A stretch of 64,000 bases of DNA from Nitrospirota bacterium. Lineage in GTDB: Bacteria; Nitrospirota; JACRHJ01. The position numbers and the translations under genes were made by a program. The stretch lies in the NCBI GenBank assembly GCA_963733375.1, contig CAVTDB010000026.1, positions 64,001 through 128,000 of the forward strand, read 5' to 3'. Each line of letters opens with the position of its first letter. The stretch's first letter is position 1. This document shows positions 42,629 through 54,762 of the stretch, piece by piece. The notes below the pieces were generated by a model that had not been told where the DNA came from, searched no databases, and worked only from the letters and a program-made list of their open reading frames with translations.

Positions 42629-43639
42629 ATGACAATGAAGCTAAAGGGATTCCAGATCCCCAAAAAGCTGGAGTTCGAGGCGGACTCGCTTACGAACACC
42701 TACGGCAAGTTCAGCGCGGAACCGTTCGAGCGGGGCTTCGGCACCACCATCGGAAATTCGCTCCGGAGGGTGCTGCTCTCCTCGCTGGAGGGCGCGGCCG
42801 TTACTTCCATCAGGATAGAGGGCGTGCTGCACGAGTTCTCTTCTATCCCGGGGGTGGTCGAGGACGTTACGGATATAATACTGAATATAAAGAAACTCCG
42901 TTTCAAGATGCATACCGACAAGCCGAAGACCATCAGCATCGACGTCGAAGGCCCCGGCGCGGTTTACGGCTCGCATATTGACACGGACGCGGATATCGAG
43001 GTCTTGACGCCGGACCTCCTGATAGCGACGCTGGATAAGGACGCCCGCTTCACTATCGAGATGACCGTGAAGAAGGGCAGGGGCTATGTCCCCTCCGAGA
43101 GGAACAAAGAGCCGGACATGCCGATTGGCGTAATCCCGGTGGACTCCATCTTTTCGCCTATCCAGAGGGTCAACTACTGGGTGGAGAGCGCACGCGTCGG
43201 CCAGGAAACCGATTACGACAAGCTGATAATGGAAGTGATGACTGATGGGAGCGTCCGGCCGGACGACGCCGTCGCCTATGCCGCGAAGATACTCAAGGAC
43301 CACCTGGGCATCTTCATCAACTTCGAGGAAGAGGGCGAGATAATAGAGGCGGAGGCAGAGGAGGTGGAGGACAAGTTCAACGAGAACCTGCTCAGAAGCG
43401 TTAACGAGCTGGAACTCTCCGTCCGTTCCGCGAACTGCCTTAAGAACGCGAACATAAAGACGATTGCGGACCTGGTCCAGAAGTCCGAGGGCGAGATGCT
43501 GAAGACCAAGAACTTCGGCAGGAAGTCCTTAAACGAAATAAAGGAGATCCTCACGGAGATGGGGCTTTCCTTCGGCATGAAAATAGACAACGAGAAACTC
43601 AAGGCGTACGAAAAGTCGCTGCAGAAAACCGGCGTATAA
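42629..43639 (+). CDS. rpoA: RNA polymerase alpha subunit
   Basis: [34 protein letters not shown]. Confidence 0.98.
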   Translation: MTMKLKGFQIPKKLEFEADSLTNTYGKFSAEPFERGFGTTIGNSLRRVLLSSLEGAAVTSIRIEGVLHEFSSIPGVVEDVTDIILNIKKLRFKMHTDKPKTISIDVEGPGAVYGSHIDTDADIEVLTPDLLIATLDKDARFTIEMTVKKGRGYVPSERNKEPDMPIGVIPVDSIFSPIQRVNYWVESARVGQETDYDKLIMEVMTDGSVRPDDAVAYAAKILKDHLGIFINFEEEGEIIEAEAEEVEDKFNENLLRSVNELELSVRSANCLKNANIKTIADLVQKSEGEMLKTKNFGRKSLNEIKEILTEMGLSFGMKIDNEKLKAYEKSLQKTGV

Positions 43640-43659
43640 AAGGGAAGGGATAATATCTC

Positions 43660-44259
43660 ATGCGACACAGGCTTGCGGGTAGACAGTTCGGAAGGAATTC
43701 GAGCCACAGGAAGGCTCTTTTCAGAAATCTCGTGACTTCGCTGCTCGAGCACGGGCATATCGAGACGACCGAGGCGAAGGCCAAGGAACTCCAGGGCATC
43801 GCCGACAAGATGATCACGCTGGGCAAGAAGGGCGACCTCTCCGCGAAGAGGATGGCGCTCTCCTATATCATGAGCAGGGATGTGGTCGCCAAGCTGTTCG
43901 ACGAGATAGCGCCGCGCTCGGCCGACCGTGCCGGCGGGTACACCAGGGTCATGAAAACCCGCGTGCGCCTGGGCGACTCCGCCCCGATGGCGATAATCGA
44001 GCTGGTGGACAAAGAAGGCGCCCCCGCCCCGAAGCCGAAGCCTAAGAAAGAAGCCCCGAAAGCCGCACCGGCCCCGGCAGAAGTATCCACCGCGGAGAAG
44101 CCGAAGAAGGCCAACAAGGCGGAGGCCGCCCCGGCCACGGAGGCCGCGCCAGCCGCGGAAGCCGCACCGGCAGAGGTCGTAAGCGCCGAAACCGTAGAGA
44201 AGGCGGAGACCGAGACCCCGGCCCCGGAAGCGGCTGAAGAGAAGAAAGCCGAAGAATAA
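43660..44259 (+). CDS. rplQ: 50S ribosomal protein L17 with Ala/Glu/Lys/Pro-rich tail
   Basis: [25 protein letters not shown]. Confidence 0.97.
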   Translation: MRHRLAGRQFGRNSSHRKALFRNLVTSLLEHGHIETTEAKAKELQGIADKMITLGKKGDLSAKRMALSYIMSRDVVAKLFDEIAPRSADRAGGYTRVMKTRVRLGDSAPMAIIELVDKEGAPAPKPKPKKEAPKAAPAPAEVSTAEKPKKANKAEAAPATEAAPAAEAAPAEVVSAETVEKAETETPAPEAAEEKKAEE

Positions 44260-44277
44260 ATCAGACAGCAGAAAAAT

Positions 44278-44310
44278 CAAAAGCCCCCGTGAAAACGGGG
44301 GCTTTTTTTA
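44278..44310. terminator. bidirectional intrinsic terminator ending the alpha operon
   Basis: aaaagcccccgt-gaaa-acgggggctttttt. Confidence 0.9.
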
Positions 44311-44319
44311 TGGGTCGAT

Positions 44320-44889
44320 CTAAAGCTTACGGGACTCAAAATTGTTCTGCCCGAAAAGGGCCTGCCACTCGTCGAACCTTTTTAACTGCTCCTCGCCGTA
44401 ACTTGCAATCATCTTACGGACGGCAGGGAGCGGCTTCTCTTCCGCAAGTCTGCTCGGTATCTTGGAGAAGAATTTGTCCGCCCAGCAGATTATCTTCTCC
44501 TCCAGCGTCACGGGTATCATGTCCCGCTCCGGCAGGGGAAGCCGATGTTTCTTTATGTCTTCCACCGACAAGCCCGCGCCCACATGCCGCTCGCAAACCA
44601 GCGCGTGCCGTGGATAACCTTCCTCCTCCAGCAGCACCCGCCCCAGGTAGCCGTGCTCGATATAATGCATGGGCCCGATGCAGCCGATCTTCGGCGCATG
44701 GACCTTGAATATCGCGATGTCATGCAGGAGGGAGGCTTCCTCAATGAACTGCATGTCGGGGTTTAAATCTTTTACCCGCTCCGCTGCCTTGAGCGCAAGG
44801 GCCGATACAGCCCTGCTGTGCGTGAGGAGATAGCTGTAGGTGCTGGAGTCGGTGAAGTAATATTTTCCAAGCAGTTTATATGGGTCCAT
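44320..44889 (-). CDS. HD-domain phosphohydrolase
   Basis: H...LLHDI...H...ERHVGAG...ADKFFSK. Confidence 0.85.
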   Translation of the reverse strand: MDPYKLLGKYYFTDSSTYSYLLTHSRAVSALALKAAERVKDLNPDMQFIEEASLLHDIAIFKVHAPKIGCIGPMHYIEHGYLGRVLLEEEGYPRHALVCERHVGAGLSVEDIKKHRLPLPERDMIPVTLEEKIICWADKFFSKIPSRLAEEKPLPAVRKMIASYGEEQLKRFDEWQALFGQNNFESRKL

Positions 44890-44912
44890 GGGTTGATTTC
44901 CTTTAGGTATGA

Positions 44913-45399
44913 TTAAAGCTTTACAATCTCCGCTTTCAGGTCGTCATTTACCGTAATGACTGCGTATGAGTTCAAGGCTGCATGAATTTTGTCGGTGGGG
45001 CTTCCGGGGTTGACCAGCAGGACATTATCGCGCCTCTCGACATTCGCTCTGTGCGAATGCCCGTATACGATGCAGTCCACCTTGTCGTCTCTGAATTTTT
45101 TGACGACCCTGTCTTCCAGGTCCCGGACGCTGCCCCCGCCGTGTATGAGGCCAATTTTAAATTTCCCGGCCTGGATTATCTTTTTCTCGGGGAGGTGTTT
45201 CGAGAACGTCCCAGCCGTCCATATTCCCCGCCACCGCTTCGACCGGCGCATAAGCCTTCAGTTCGTCGATGACATCCAGGGAGGTTATGTCTCCGGCGTG
45301 GAGGATAAGGTCCGCGCCGCCGAGCGCCTCAAGAAGTGCGGCCGGAAGTGCGTTGCTCCCTTTTTCGATGTGGGTGTCGGATATGCAGACGATATTCAT
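44913..45399 (-). CDS. YfcE-like metallophosphoesterase (frameshift ~45190)
   Basis: ISDTH, HAGD, VAGNMD, YGHSH, NPGSPT. Confidence 0.85.
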
Positions 45400-46677
45400 A
45401 ACGAATCACAGGGACTGCATGATGACGTGCGGGTTTTCAGCTCTTCCACAAGCCGCTCGAATTTCACGTCCGACTGCTCGCGGGTCTTCATGTCACGGAG
45501 TATCGCCGCGCCTTTCGCAACCTCGTCCTCGCCGATTATGACGGTGAACGAGGCCCCGGAGCGGTCGGCCTTCTTCATCTGGTTCTTCAGGCCGCCCGGA
45601 GAGTAATCGCGCTCGGCGGAAACGCCGGCCTTCCTTAGACCCGTCCGCGAGCTTCTGCCCTATCCTTGCGGCCTCATCGCCAATTGCCGCGATGTATACC
45701 TTCGGGGGCGCAACGTTCGCGTCCGTTTCCGGGAGCATCATCAGCAGCCGCTCGACTCCGAGGGCGAAACCAATCCCCGGGGTAGGCGGGCCGCCTACTT
45801 CTTCCACAAGCCCGTCATATCTTCCCCCCGCGGCTACCGCGTTCTGCGCGCCCTTCTTGTCCACGGCTATCATCTCGAACGTGGTGCGGGAATAGTAATC
45901 GAGCCCGCGTACCATCCTGGGGTCTATGACATAATTAATACCCAGGTCGGCCAGGCCCTGCTTCACGGCTTCAAAATGCGTCCGGCATCCGTCGTCCAAG
46001 TATTCCGACATCATCGGCGCATCGGCAGTGGCGGTCTTGCAGTGTTCGGACTTGCAGTCAAGCGCCCGCAACGGGTTAGTCTCGATGCGCCTCTGGCAAT
46101 CAGGGCAGAGGAGGCTAAGCCTCTTTAGCAGGAAGGACTTAAGGGCGGCCTTGTATGCCGCCCTGCAATCCTTGCACCCGAGAGAATTTATATGCAGTTC
46201 GACTCCCTGCACCTTCAGCCGGTTGAATAACTCGACCAGCACCGCCAGCACGTCCACGTCAATACCTGGCTCCGATACCCCCAGCGCCTCCACGCCGACC
46301 TGGTGGAACTGCCGCAGCCGCCCGGCCTGCGGGCGTTCCCGGCGGAACATCGGTCCAATGTAATATACCTTCGTTACCGGCTGGGAGGCAAAAAGCTTAT
46401 GTTCCACGAATGCGCGCACGACTCCCGCCGTGCCTTCGGGCCGCAGTGTTATCTCGTCGCCGCCCTGGTCCTTGAATGCGTACATCTCCTTCTCCACAAT
46501 ATCGGAGGTCGCGCCGATACTCCGCGCGAAGAGGACGGTATGCTCGATTATCGGCGTGCGGATTTCGGAGAAGCCGTAGTCGGAAAAAAGTTTTCTTACG
46601 GAATTTTCCAGGTACTGCCACTTGGGCGAGTCCGCCGGAAGGATGTCTTTAACCCCTTTTATGGCCTGAGTAAGCAT
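45396..46677 (-). CDS. hisS: histidine--tRNA ligase (frameshifts near the C-terminus)
   Basis: LRPEGTAG, FRRERPQAGRLRQFHQ, VRGLDYY, GGRYDGL. Confidence 0.95.
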
Positions 46678-46720
46678 GAGGGAAATATTAAAACATCGCG
46701 AGGAAATTGTAAAGCTTAAA

Positions 46721-49024
46721 TCAGGAATTTAAGGCCGCGGCGATTGCCGCCTGGCCGAGTGAGACGCAGGCGTCGTTGGCCGGGACCTTGCTGTGGGTGA
46801 TGACGCTGAAGCCGTCAGCCTTAAGCTTATCCAGTGCCGACTCGAAAAGCAGCGCGTTCTGGAAGACGCCGCCTGTGAGGACGACGCGGCTTATCTCCGT
46901 CTGGCGCCTCGCTTTCTCGCATATTTTGAGTACCGCTTCCGATATGGTATTATGGAAGCGCTTTGCAATCGTCTGGGCGGGCACTCCGTTTCTTATATCA
47001 TTGACCATTGCCTCGAAAAGCGGGACGGCGCGAATAACGGCCGGGGCGGCCCCTTCGATTGAAAGGTGATAAATCCCCTGGTCGTCCGATTTATCCGCGG
47101 CCATCTCGAGCGCTATCGCCGCCTCGCCCTCAAAAGTTATCCTGTCCTTTATGCCGAGAAGCGCGGATACGGCGTCAAAATATCTGCCCATGCCGCAGGA
47201 GAGGGGCGAGTTCACTTTTTTGCGGACCATTATCGAGACCGTATCGGCGTCATTCCCATACTGCTCGCCCCGAAGCTCGCGGAATATTTTTATGCCGTCA
47301 TCGCCGAAGGCGCTTATTAAAAATGATAACGCTACTCCTCCAGGGCTCAAGCACCGCCTTGTCTGCCCCGGGGAGCGGAACATAATCAAACCGTGCAAAC
47401 CGCTCAAAACCTTTCAGGTCCGCTATCAGGAATTCGCTACCCCAGGTGAGGCCGTCCGTGCCGTGGCCCGTGCCGTCGAACGCGACGCCGATAACCCTTT
47501 CCGTCACGCCGTTCTCCGCCATGCAGGCGGCGACGTGCGCGTGATGGTGCTGGACGGGTACGAGTTTTTTGTCCCCGCCGGTATCGTAGTCCAGCGCAAA
47601 CCGGGTACTTAAATAATCCGGGTGCAGGTCGTGGGCGATTATGTGCGGGTCGGCCTTGAACGTGCGCCTTAGGTTCCAGAGGGTTTCCTCGAAAAAGTTC
47701 ATCGCCTCGAAATTACCGAGGTCGCCGATGTGCTGGCTCATTATGGCGTAGGGGCCCTTTGTTATGCAGGATGTATTTTTCAGCTCCCCGCCGACAGCCA
47801 GTATCTCCGGCATCTCCCGGCCCAGGTCGAACGCACCCGGCACGTATCCACGCGCCCGCCGTATCAGCCTTGGTATTCCCGCGACTACCCGCGCCACGGA
47901 GTCGTCCACCCGCATGTATATCTCCCTGTCGTGCAGAAGGAACGAGTCCGCGAGCCCGGAAAGTTTTTCCAGGGCCTCGTCGTCGTCTGTCACGATAGGT
48001 TCTTCGGACAAATTTCCAGAGGTCATCACAAGCGCTTGTGGGGAGATTATCTTCGCCGGCTTTCGGGTGGTTGAAGAGGAGGCTATGGAGCGGAGTATAG
48101 GGCAGCATAAAACCGAGGTACGCGTTACCCGGCGCCACCTGCGGCGGATAGAAGCACCTCCGCCTCCGGTTTCTTCCGCAGCAGGACTATCGGCGCCTGG
48201 ACGGCTGTCAAAAGATGTTCTTCGACTTCATTTATAAAGCAATATTTATTTATTTGAGAGAGGTCCCGTGCCATCAGGGCGAAGGGTTTTAAATTTTTTC
48301 GCTTTCTTTCCCGGAGTGTATTTACCGCATAACCGTTGGACGCATCGCAGACGAGCTGAAATCCACCCAACCCTTTAACCGCCACGATTTTGCCGTCGGC
48401 TATATCCTTTATCGCCTTTACCAGGGCATCATCGCCGCTGACATCCGGCCCTTGGCCCCTGTATGTAATTCGGGGCCCGCATTCGGCGCAGGCGATTGGC
48501 TGAGCGTGGAAGCGGCGGTCAAGCGGGTCTTCATATTCTTTGAGGCAACCCTGGCACATCCCGAACTTTTTCATCGTCGTCAGGGGCCGGTCGTAGGGTA
48601 CGCCTTTTATTATCGAGTAGCGGGGGCCGCAGTTGGTGCAGTTAGTGAAGGGATAGAGATAGCGGCGCCTGTCGGAAGGGTCGTATATTTCGCGGAGGCA
48701 GTCCGGACAGACGGCGATATCGGGAGACACCAGCGAAAATTCATTTTCGGCCAGTTCGGAAAGTTTTATCTCGAACCGCTCATAACCGGCGAGAGGAAGC
48801 TCCTGGGATTCAACCGTTTCTATTTTCGCCAGGGGAGGGAGGCTGCCGAGAAGGGCGTCCTGGAAATTTTCCGCGCCTTCGCCCTCGACTTCTATCACGA
48901 CACCTTTCGAGGTGTTAAAAACGAAGCCTTTCAGTCCGAGCCTGGCGGCGAGTTTAAAAACATGGGGGCGAAATCCTACTCCCTGGACGATGCCGGTTAT
49001 GGATATTTTAAATCGTCTGGCCAT
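46721..49024 (-). CDS. hypF: [NiFe]-hydrogenase maturation carbamoyltransferase (several frameshifts)
   Basis: GIVQGVGFRP, YPFTNCTNCGPRY, RFHAQP, QHHHAH, FDGTG, PAND..SLGQ. Confidence 0.93.
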
Positions 49025-49674
49025 CAGCGGCGGGAGACGTTCTCGCGAAGCCAGCCGTACCAGGCATCAATTCCCTCGCCGGTGCGGCATGAGAGCGGGA
49101 ATATGGAAAGGGAGGGATTTATTGTAAGAGAGTCCGCCGTCGCCTTATCCAAATTAAAGTTCGTGTATGGTATAAGGTCTATTTTATTTATAATGAGCGA
49201 GCGGGACTCGTGCCACATGAGAGGGTACTTCAGCGGCTTGTCGTCTCCTTCCGCAGTCGATAGCAGCATGACCTTGCAGTCCTCGCCGACATTGAATTCC
49301 GCCGGGCACACTAAGTTGCCGACGTTCTCCACGATGAGCAGGTCCAGCCCGGCCAGGTCGAACTCTTCCAGCGCGCTTTTTATCATGCTCCCGTCCAGGT
49401 GGCACATGTTGCCGGTATTTATCTGGACTACAGGCACGCCGATTTTTTCGATCCTGTCGGCGTCCGCGGTTGTAGCGACGTCCCCCTCTATTACTCCTAT
49501 GCTCATCTCGTCCTTGAGCGCGGCGAGAGTTTTCTCAAGCAAGGTAGTCTTGCCAGCCCCCGGAGAAGACATCAGGTTTATCACGAACACGCCGTTCTTT
49601 TTGAAAAGCTCGCGGTTTTCCGCCGCTATTCTTTCGTTCGCGCTTAATATGTCCGCGACCACTTTTACTTTCAT
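49024..49674 (-). CDS. hypB: hydrogenase nickel incorporation GTPase
   Basis: NLMSSPGAGKTTLLE, CHLD, ENVGNLVCPA, DKPLKYP. Confidence 0.96.
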   Translation of the reverse strand: MKVKVVADILSANERIAAENRELFKKNGVFVINLMSSPGAGKTTLLEKTLAALKDEMSIGVIEGDVATTADADRIEKIGVPVVQINTGNMCHLDGSMIKSALEEFDLAGLDLLIVENVGNLVCPAEFNVGEDCKVMLLSTAEGDDKPLKYPLMWHESRSLIINKIDLIPYTNFNLDKATADSLTINPSLSIFPLSCRTGEGIDAWYGWLRENVSRR

Positions 49675-50019
49675 TATGCCTCCAGGTCTATTTCCTCAAT
49701 CAGCATTTCTCTGCCGGAAATTATCTCTATCTCGGGGCTGTCGCAGCGCTTGCATGAGAACGCGTAGCCGACCACATGGAATTCATTTCCGCAGGAGCGG
49801 CATCTTGCGGTAAGCGGCACGTCGATTACGGTAAGCTTTGCCCCTTCCGCGAGCGTCCCTTTCATTACTATCTCGAAAGCGAACCTGAAGGGCATCCTCC
49901 ACCACCCCGGCCATCTCGCCGATCTTCAGCGTCACCTGGTTTATGCGAGAGGCCTTGTTCTTCGCGGCTTCTTCCAGGAGTACGTCCAGGATGCTCTCGC
50001 AGATCGATACTTCGTGCAT
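49674..50019 (-). CDS. hypA: hydrogenase nickel metallochaperone (frameshift ~49890)
   Basis: MHEVSI start, two CxxC, SGREM. Confidence 0.92.
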
Positions 50020-50029
50020 TTATTTTTGT

Positions 50030-50869
50030 CTATAAGTTGGAGTATTTATATAAAAGCTCTATATCGTCGGCCACCTGCTTCGTCTCGCCCCGGATGGATT
50101 TTTCTTTAATCGTGAACTCGAAGATGTAGTTGCGGCTGGGAAGCTCGGAGAGGTCGAAATTGGTCTGAAGGGCCGCTTTGTTGAAATATATCGTGTTGTA
50201 AGGCGATTCTTTTTCGCGGCTGTCCATTATGCAGATTTCGCCTATCTGCTTCTGGAATTTCATAAAGCCGAAGTTGTCGTCCTGCTTGTAGAAATAGCAT
50301 GTACCCCGCACCCTGGACCCTACCTCGCCCCACTGGGACCGGTCTCTTCTGTCCTTCACCGGGAGAAGGTCCGGGATTAAATAGCCGGACATGAACATAT
50401 CGCACTCGCGCCTTAAGTCCTGAGAAACGTTATCGAAGGAAATAACCTCCACCCGGCACCCTTTGTTCTGGAGCGCCCGGACCACCTGCACGAAATCGCC
50501 GTCGCCGGTAGCCAGTATCACCCTCTCCAGGTTCTCCGACTGAAGGAGCGCGTCCACCGCCATGTCCAGGTCCGCATTCGCCTTCCCGAACTCGGTGCCG
50601 TCCTCGTTCGTGTACCACTTTACTTCCTTTTCGATTACCTTAAACCCGTTGTCGCGGATGGAAGAGAAGAATTTATTGATGTTATTGCTGTATTCGCCGT
50701 CACTCCCTGCGCGGCGCTTGTCGAAGGAGACGTAAGCGTTCAGGCGGATGGGTTCCGCATTCCCGCGGCAGGCAAAATTGCGGAGGATCTCATACCTCAT
50801 CCCGAACCCGCCGTTTCGCCGGATGTTCTCATTGTCAACAAATACACCGACTTTAAAAAATGAAGACAT
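50030..50869 (-). CDS. NYN (LabA/DUF88) domain protein with C-terminal cold-shock/OB-like region
   Basis: VFVDNENI, DLDMAVDAL, LATGDGDF; RGTCYFYKQDDNFGFM resembles cold-shock RNP1. Confidence 0.8.
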   Translation of the reverse strand: MSSFFKVGVFVDNENIRRNGGFGMRYEILRNFACRGNAEPIRLNAYVSFDKRRAGSDGEYSNNINKFFSSIRDNGFKVIEKEVKWYTNEDGTEFGKANADLDMAVDALLQSENLERVILATGDGDFVQVVRALQNKGCRVEVISFDNVSQDLRRECDMFMSGYLIPDLLPVKDRRDRSQWGEVGSRVRGTCYFYKQDDNFGFMKFQKQIGEICIMDSREKESPYNTIYFNKAALQTNFDLSELPSRNYIFEFTIKEKSIRGETKQVADDIELLYKYSNL

Positions 50870-51034
50870 TATTTTCCTTATCGTAAATAGTATTAAAAAA
50901 TAATTGTAACATAACAGTGAGTTGTGGCAACAGTTTTTTTGCTTAAAAAAGCCAAATGGAAGTATGCGCAGTCAAGATTTCGAAACGAACGCTTTGTTGT
51001 TGAAGCGCGCCTTTAATAAGAGTAAAATAACGCA

Positions 51035-52511
51035 ATGCGTTTATTCGAGAAATTTCGTCTCCTGCCCGGGAAGATTTTGAATAACTGGGTCTGGCTGCTT
51101 ACGTGCATACTGCTCATCGCGGGGGCTATCCGGTTCTTTACCATGGGCGGTTATCCTCTTTTCGATAATACCGAATCCAGATATGCCGAAATAGCGAGGA
51201 AGATGGTAGAGACCCATATATGGGTCATGCCGCAGTACCACTATGGCGTCCCGTTCTGGGCGAAGCCGCCGCTGTCCACCTGGTCCTCGGCCGTCACCAT
51301 GGAGATCTTCGGCATAAACGAGTTTGCGGTAAGGTTGTCCTCCTTTATCTTCTCCCTTGGAATCTTCTGGCTGGTCTATGACATTGGCGATGAAAAAAGA
51401 CGGCCGGGGTTATGCCCTTAGTTCCTCAGTCGTCCTGTGGACGACCCCGGTTTTCTTTATCATAAGCGGCGGCGTCATGACGGACCCCTCTCTGGCGTTT
51501 GCCACGACGCTGGCAATGGCGGCATTCTGGAACGCGGCCTCTGGCACGGGCGGAAGGCGCGCCTGGGGTTATGCCTTTTTTGCAGCGCTGGGCATCGGTC
51601 TCCTGGCCAAGGGGCCCGTCGCCATCGTCCTGACAATGCTCCCGATAGGGGTCTGGGTATTATGGAAGAAAAAATGGAGCGAGGTCCGTCATAGCTTTCC
51701 GTGGTTTACAGGCAGCCTTTTGATGCTGGCCATCGCGGTGCCCTGGTATATCGCCGCGGAAATTTACTCGCCGGGCTTCCTCAAGTATTTCCTTATCGGC
51801 GAACACGTTATGCGGTTTATCGACAGCGGGTGGCACGGAGACAAGTATGGCTATGCGCATTCCCATATCCGGGGCACTGTCTGGCTGTACTGGCTGGCCG
51901 CGACATTTCCCTGGTGCGTCATCTTCATGAAGGCGCTCTTTAGCGATAAGTCAAAGGCGTCCGGCATCGTTAGTGACGGCTGGAGGTCGTACCTGATGCT
52001 CTGGGCTTTGACTCCCATGGTTTTTTTTACGCTGGCGGGCAATATCTTATGGACATACGTCCTGCCGGGCATCCCCGCGTTTGCGCTCCTTTTAGGAGAA
52101 ATAATCAACGAGCGGGCCGGTGAAAAAAAGGTAAGGCGTCAGGTCCTGGCGGCGGGCCTGCTGCTCCCGGTACTTTTCCTGGGAGTCGTGCTGTTCGCAA
52201 AACCTCTCAAGGTAGTGAAATGCCAGAAGGAAGTCGTGGAGGGATATTACCATGACCGCCCCAGTCCCGCAAGTCAGCTGGTATATCTTTTCAATAAGCC
52301 ATATTCGGCCGAGTTTTATTCAAATGGCAAGGCAATTCAAGCACTGAATCTAAAAACCGCCAAAACATACCTGCAAGTCGGAGCGCCTACCTTCTTTGTC
52401 ATCCAGGAAGGGCAGATGCTGCCGGAATACCTGAAGACCCGTCTTAGTTTTGTCCATGAATATGGAAAGTTCCAGCTCATGGAAGAAAAAACTTCTAACC
52501 AGCCGTCTTAA
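51035..52511 (+). CDS. GT39/ArnT-like membrane glycosyltransferase (frameshift ~51380)
   Basis: ESRYAEIARKM, PFWAKPPL, NEFAVRL, LAKGP, PWY motifs; multiple TM helices. Confidence 0.85.
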
Positions 52512-52525
52512 GTACCCTTTTTCCC

Positions 52526-52554
52526 TGTAACTATATCCACCATTAAACCGTCTA
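52526..52554 (+). promoter_or_regulatory. ECF-sigma-type promoter
   Basis: TGTAAC-N17-CGTCTA at the head of a gene run containing an ECF sigma factor. Confidence 0.6.
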
Positions 52555-52594
52555 TCATATTAACGGATAGATGGGGAGGAGAAAAGAGGGCGTT

Positions 52595-53872
52595 ATGAAA
52601 AGGCTGTATTTAGCGATACTTACGGTCTCTATGTTTCTTAGTTATACCGGCATCTTGCCGATTGCCGGTGAGTTATGCGCCGGATACCAAATCAGCGCCC
52701 TCCGTAGGCCAGCAGGTCATAAGAGAGGGCGATTATGCGGTTGAGCTGGTCCAGGCGCTGAAAATCGGCCCGCAACAGGGAGAGGCGGATGCGGAAACTG
52801 CTCTTGCCGCCCTCGGTATAACCCCTCAAAGCGGCTGGATTTCCGATTTTCCGGTCACTCCGGATATTATAGCGGACATCCAGGCGTCCATTGACGCAGC
52901 CGCCGACGCGGGTAAACTGCCGATAGGTAAAGCCGCTGCGGACCAGGCGTTCGTTGCCCTGAATACTGAAATTGGCATTGAGGTTACGCCGGCCGCGGAG
53001 GCGGGCCCGGAGGGCAATTATGCCGAGGACGAGGCATATACAGAGCCTACCGTAATAGAAAACTATTACTCCGACGAAGGACCGCCCGTTGTAACATATT
53101 ACGCGCCGCCACCCGATTACGCGTACCTGTACGCATGGGACCCGTTCCCGTTCTGGTGCGGTGGCTTCTGGTTCCCTGGTTACTACGTCCTTAACGATTT
53201 CGACTTCGCGTTCTTCGGCTATGGCCACTACGGCTATGGCCACCACGGGTTCTTCGGCAGGAGCGATTTCCGGTTCTACAGGAATCACCATGAGTTCTGG
53301 CATGGGAACAGGCAGTTAAGCAACCATGTCATCGACCCTGTTACAAGGCGTGCCGTGGCAATTGACCCGATCTCCAGGCGCCCATTCACCAGGACAGCTT
53401 TTCGTCCGGTAGGGGCCAGGTCTTTCGATCCTGTTGCCAGAACCGCAGGGCATGGACAGCGGTTTATCGGCAATGCCGGCGTCAGGAACGGCAGCAGGCA
53501 ATTCAGCAGGTCTTTTAACAGGACGAGCGCCGCGAATATAGTAAACAGGAGCACGGGCCGTTTAGGCACGGCTACATTCGGCAGGAGTGCCGGACAAGCC
53601 ACGGCTTCCGCAGGAATGATATATCCGGCGGTACGCAGTTCCGAGGGTACAACAGGCCGTCCGGGAGCTTCAACAGGCCGTCGTATAACCGGTCGTTTAG
53701 CCGGCCCGCAATGAGCGGAGGCAGATCGTTCAGCGCACCGAGCAGGTCGTTCAGTGGCGGCGGCGTAGCTCAGTGGCGGCGGTGGACGTGGCTACAGTGG
53801 CGGCGGCGGCGGTGGCCGTGGCGGCGGTGGAGGCGCGTAGTTGGTGGCGGCGGTTTTGGCGGCAGGCGGTGA
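52595..53872 (+). CDS. hypothetical exported protein with Tyr/Pro/aromatic core and Gly/Arg/Ser-rich tail (frameshifted)
   Basis: SD plus signal-like MKRLYLAILTVSMFL at 52595 (other frame); GPPVVTYYAPP..YAWDPFPFW; Gly-rich end. Confidence 0.65.
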
Positions 53873-53903
53873 TTCAAGGAGATGAAAGCGTTATAATAAA
53901 GTA

Positions 53904-54470
53904 ATGAGCATCTCCTTAGAGGAACTGACCGACGAGAGTCTTGTGGAGGCGGCAAAATCCGGCGGGGACGAGGCATTTGCCGAGCTCGTCCGGAGGCATA
54001 AGCGCAAGGTTTTGCGCCTTGCCTCCCGGTTCGCCGGAGACAGGGGTGAGCTGGACGATATTTCCCAGGACATCTTCATAAAGATTTACCGGAACCTGGG
54101 CGGATATAGAAGAGAGGCGCCTTTCGAACATTGGCTGACACGGGTCGCGGTGAGCGCCTGCTACGATTTCTTACGGAAAAAGAAGAAGGGCAGCCGCGAC
54201 ATACCGCTGGAGGACGTGGAATACAGCCTTAGCATACCGGCGGATGAAGAGAAGAATTTCGAGGCCTTGCAGGCCAAAGAAATACTGGACAAGGCGCTTG
54301 TGAAGCTGAAGCCTAAAGAGCGGGTTATTATTACGCTGCTGGAACTGGAAGAGAGGTCCATAAAGGACGTGGCGGTTATTACGGGGTTATCCGAGGCAAA
54401 CATAAAAGTCCGGGCGTTTCGCGCGCGGAAGGCGCTGAAGAAAATCCTTGGGGTTAACGAAGAGGCATAA
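53904..54470 (+). CDS. ECF RNA polymerase sigma factor
   Basis: Region 2 DDISQDIFIKIY..FEHWLTRVA; region 4 IKVRAFRARKAL. Confidence 0.9.
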   Translation: MSISLEELTDESLVEAAKSGGDEAFAELVRRHKRKVLRLASRFAGDRGELDDISQDIFIKIYRNLGGYRREAPFEHWLTRVAVSACYDFLRKKKKGSRDIPLEDVEYSLSIPADEEKNFEALQAKEILDKALVKLKPKERVIITLLELEERSIKDVAVITGLSEANIKVRAFRARKALKKILGVNEEA

Positions 54471-54472
54471 AC

Positions 54473-54760
54473 ATGAAAAACAAAATGGACGAGCTTTTTA
54501 AACTGGCGCGGACCGTGGAGCCGGATATATACCACGTCGAGAGGGGGCTTGAGACGCGGGTCCTGGCGAGGCTCCGGGCGGAGCATGAATCCCTGGCCGT
54601 CTGGTTTACCTGGACATGGAGGCTCGTGCCAATTTTCGCGGTTTTAGTCATGGCGCTGGGAGGATGGTATTATTCATTTTCTCCTAATATCGACATGCGC
54701 ACCGCCATCACGGCTAATTACGAGCAGTCTATGCACCTGAGCAGCCTTATGGGAGACTGA
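54473..54760 (+). CDS. small single-TM protein, putative anti-sigma factor
   Basis: Directly follows the ECF sigma; cytoplasmic N-terminus plus one TM helix. Confidence 0.6.
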   Translation: MKNKMDELFKLARTVEPDIYHVERGLETRVLARLRAEHESLAVWFTWTWRLVPIFAVLVMALGGWYYSFSPNIDMRTAITANYEQSMHLSSLMGD

Positions 54761-54762
54761 AG

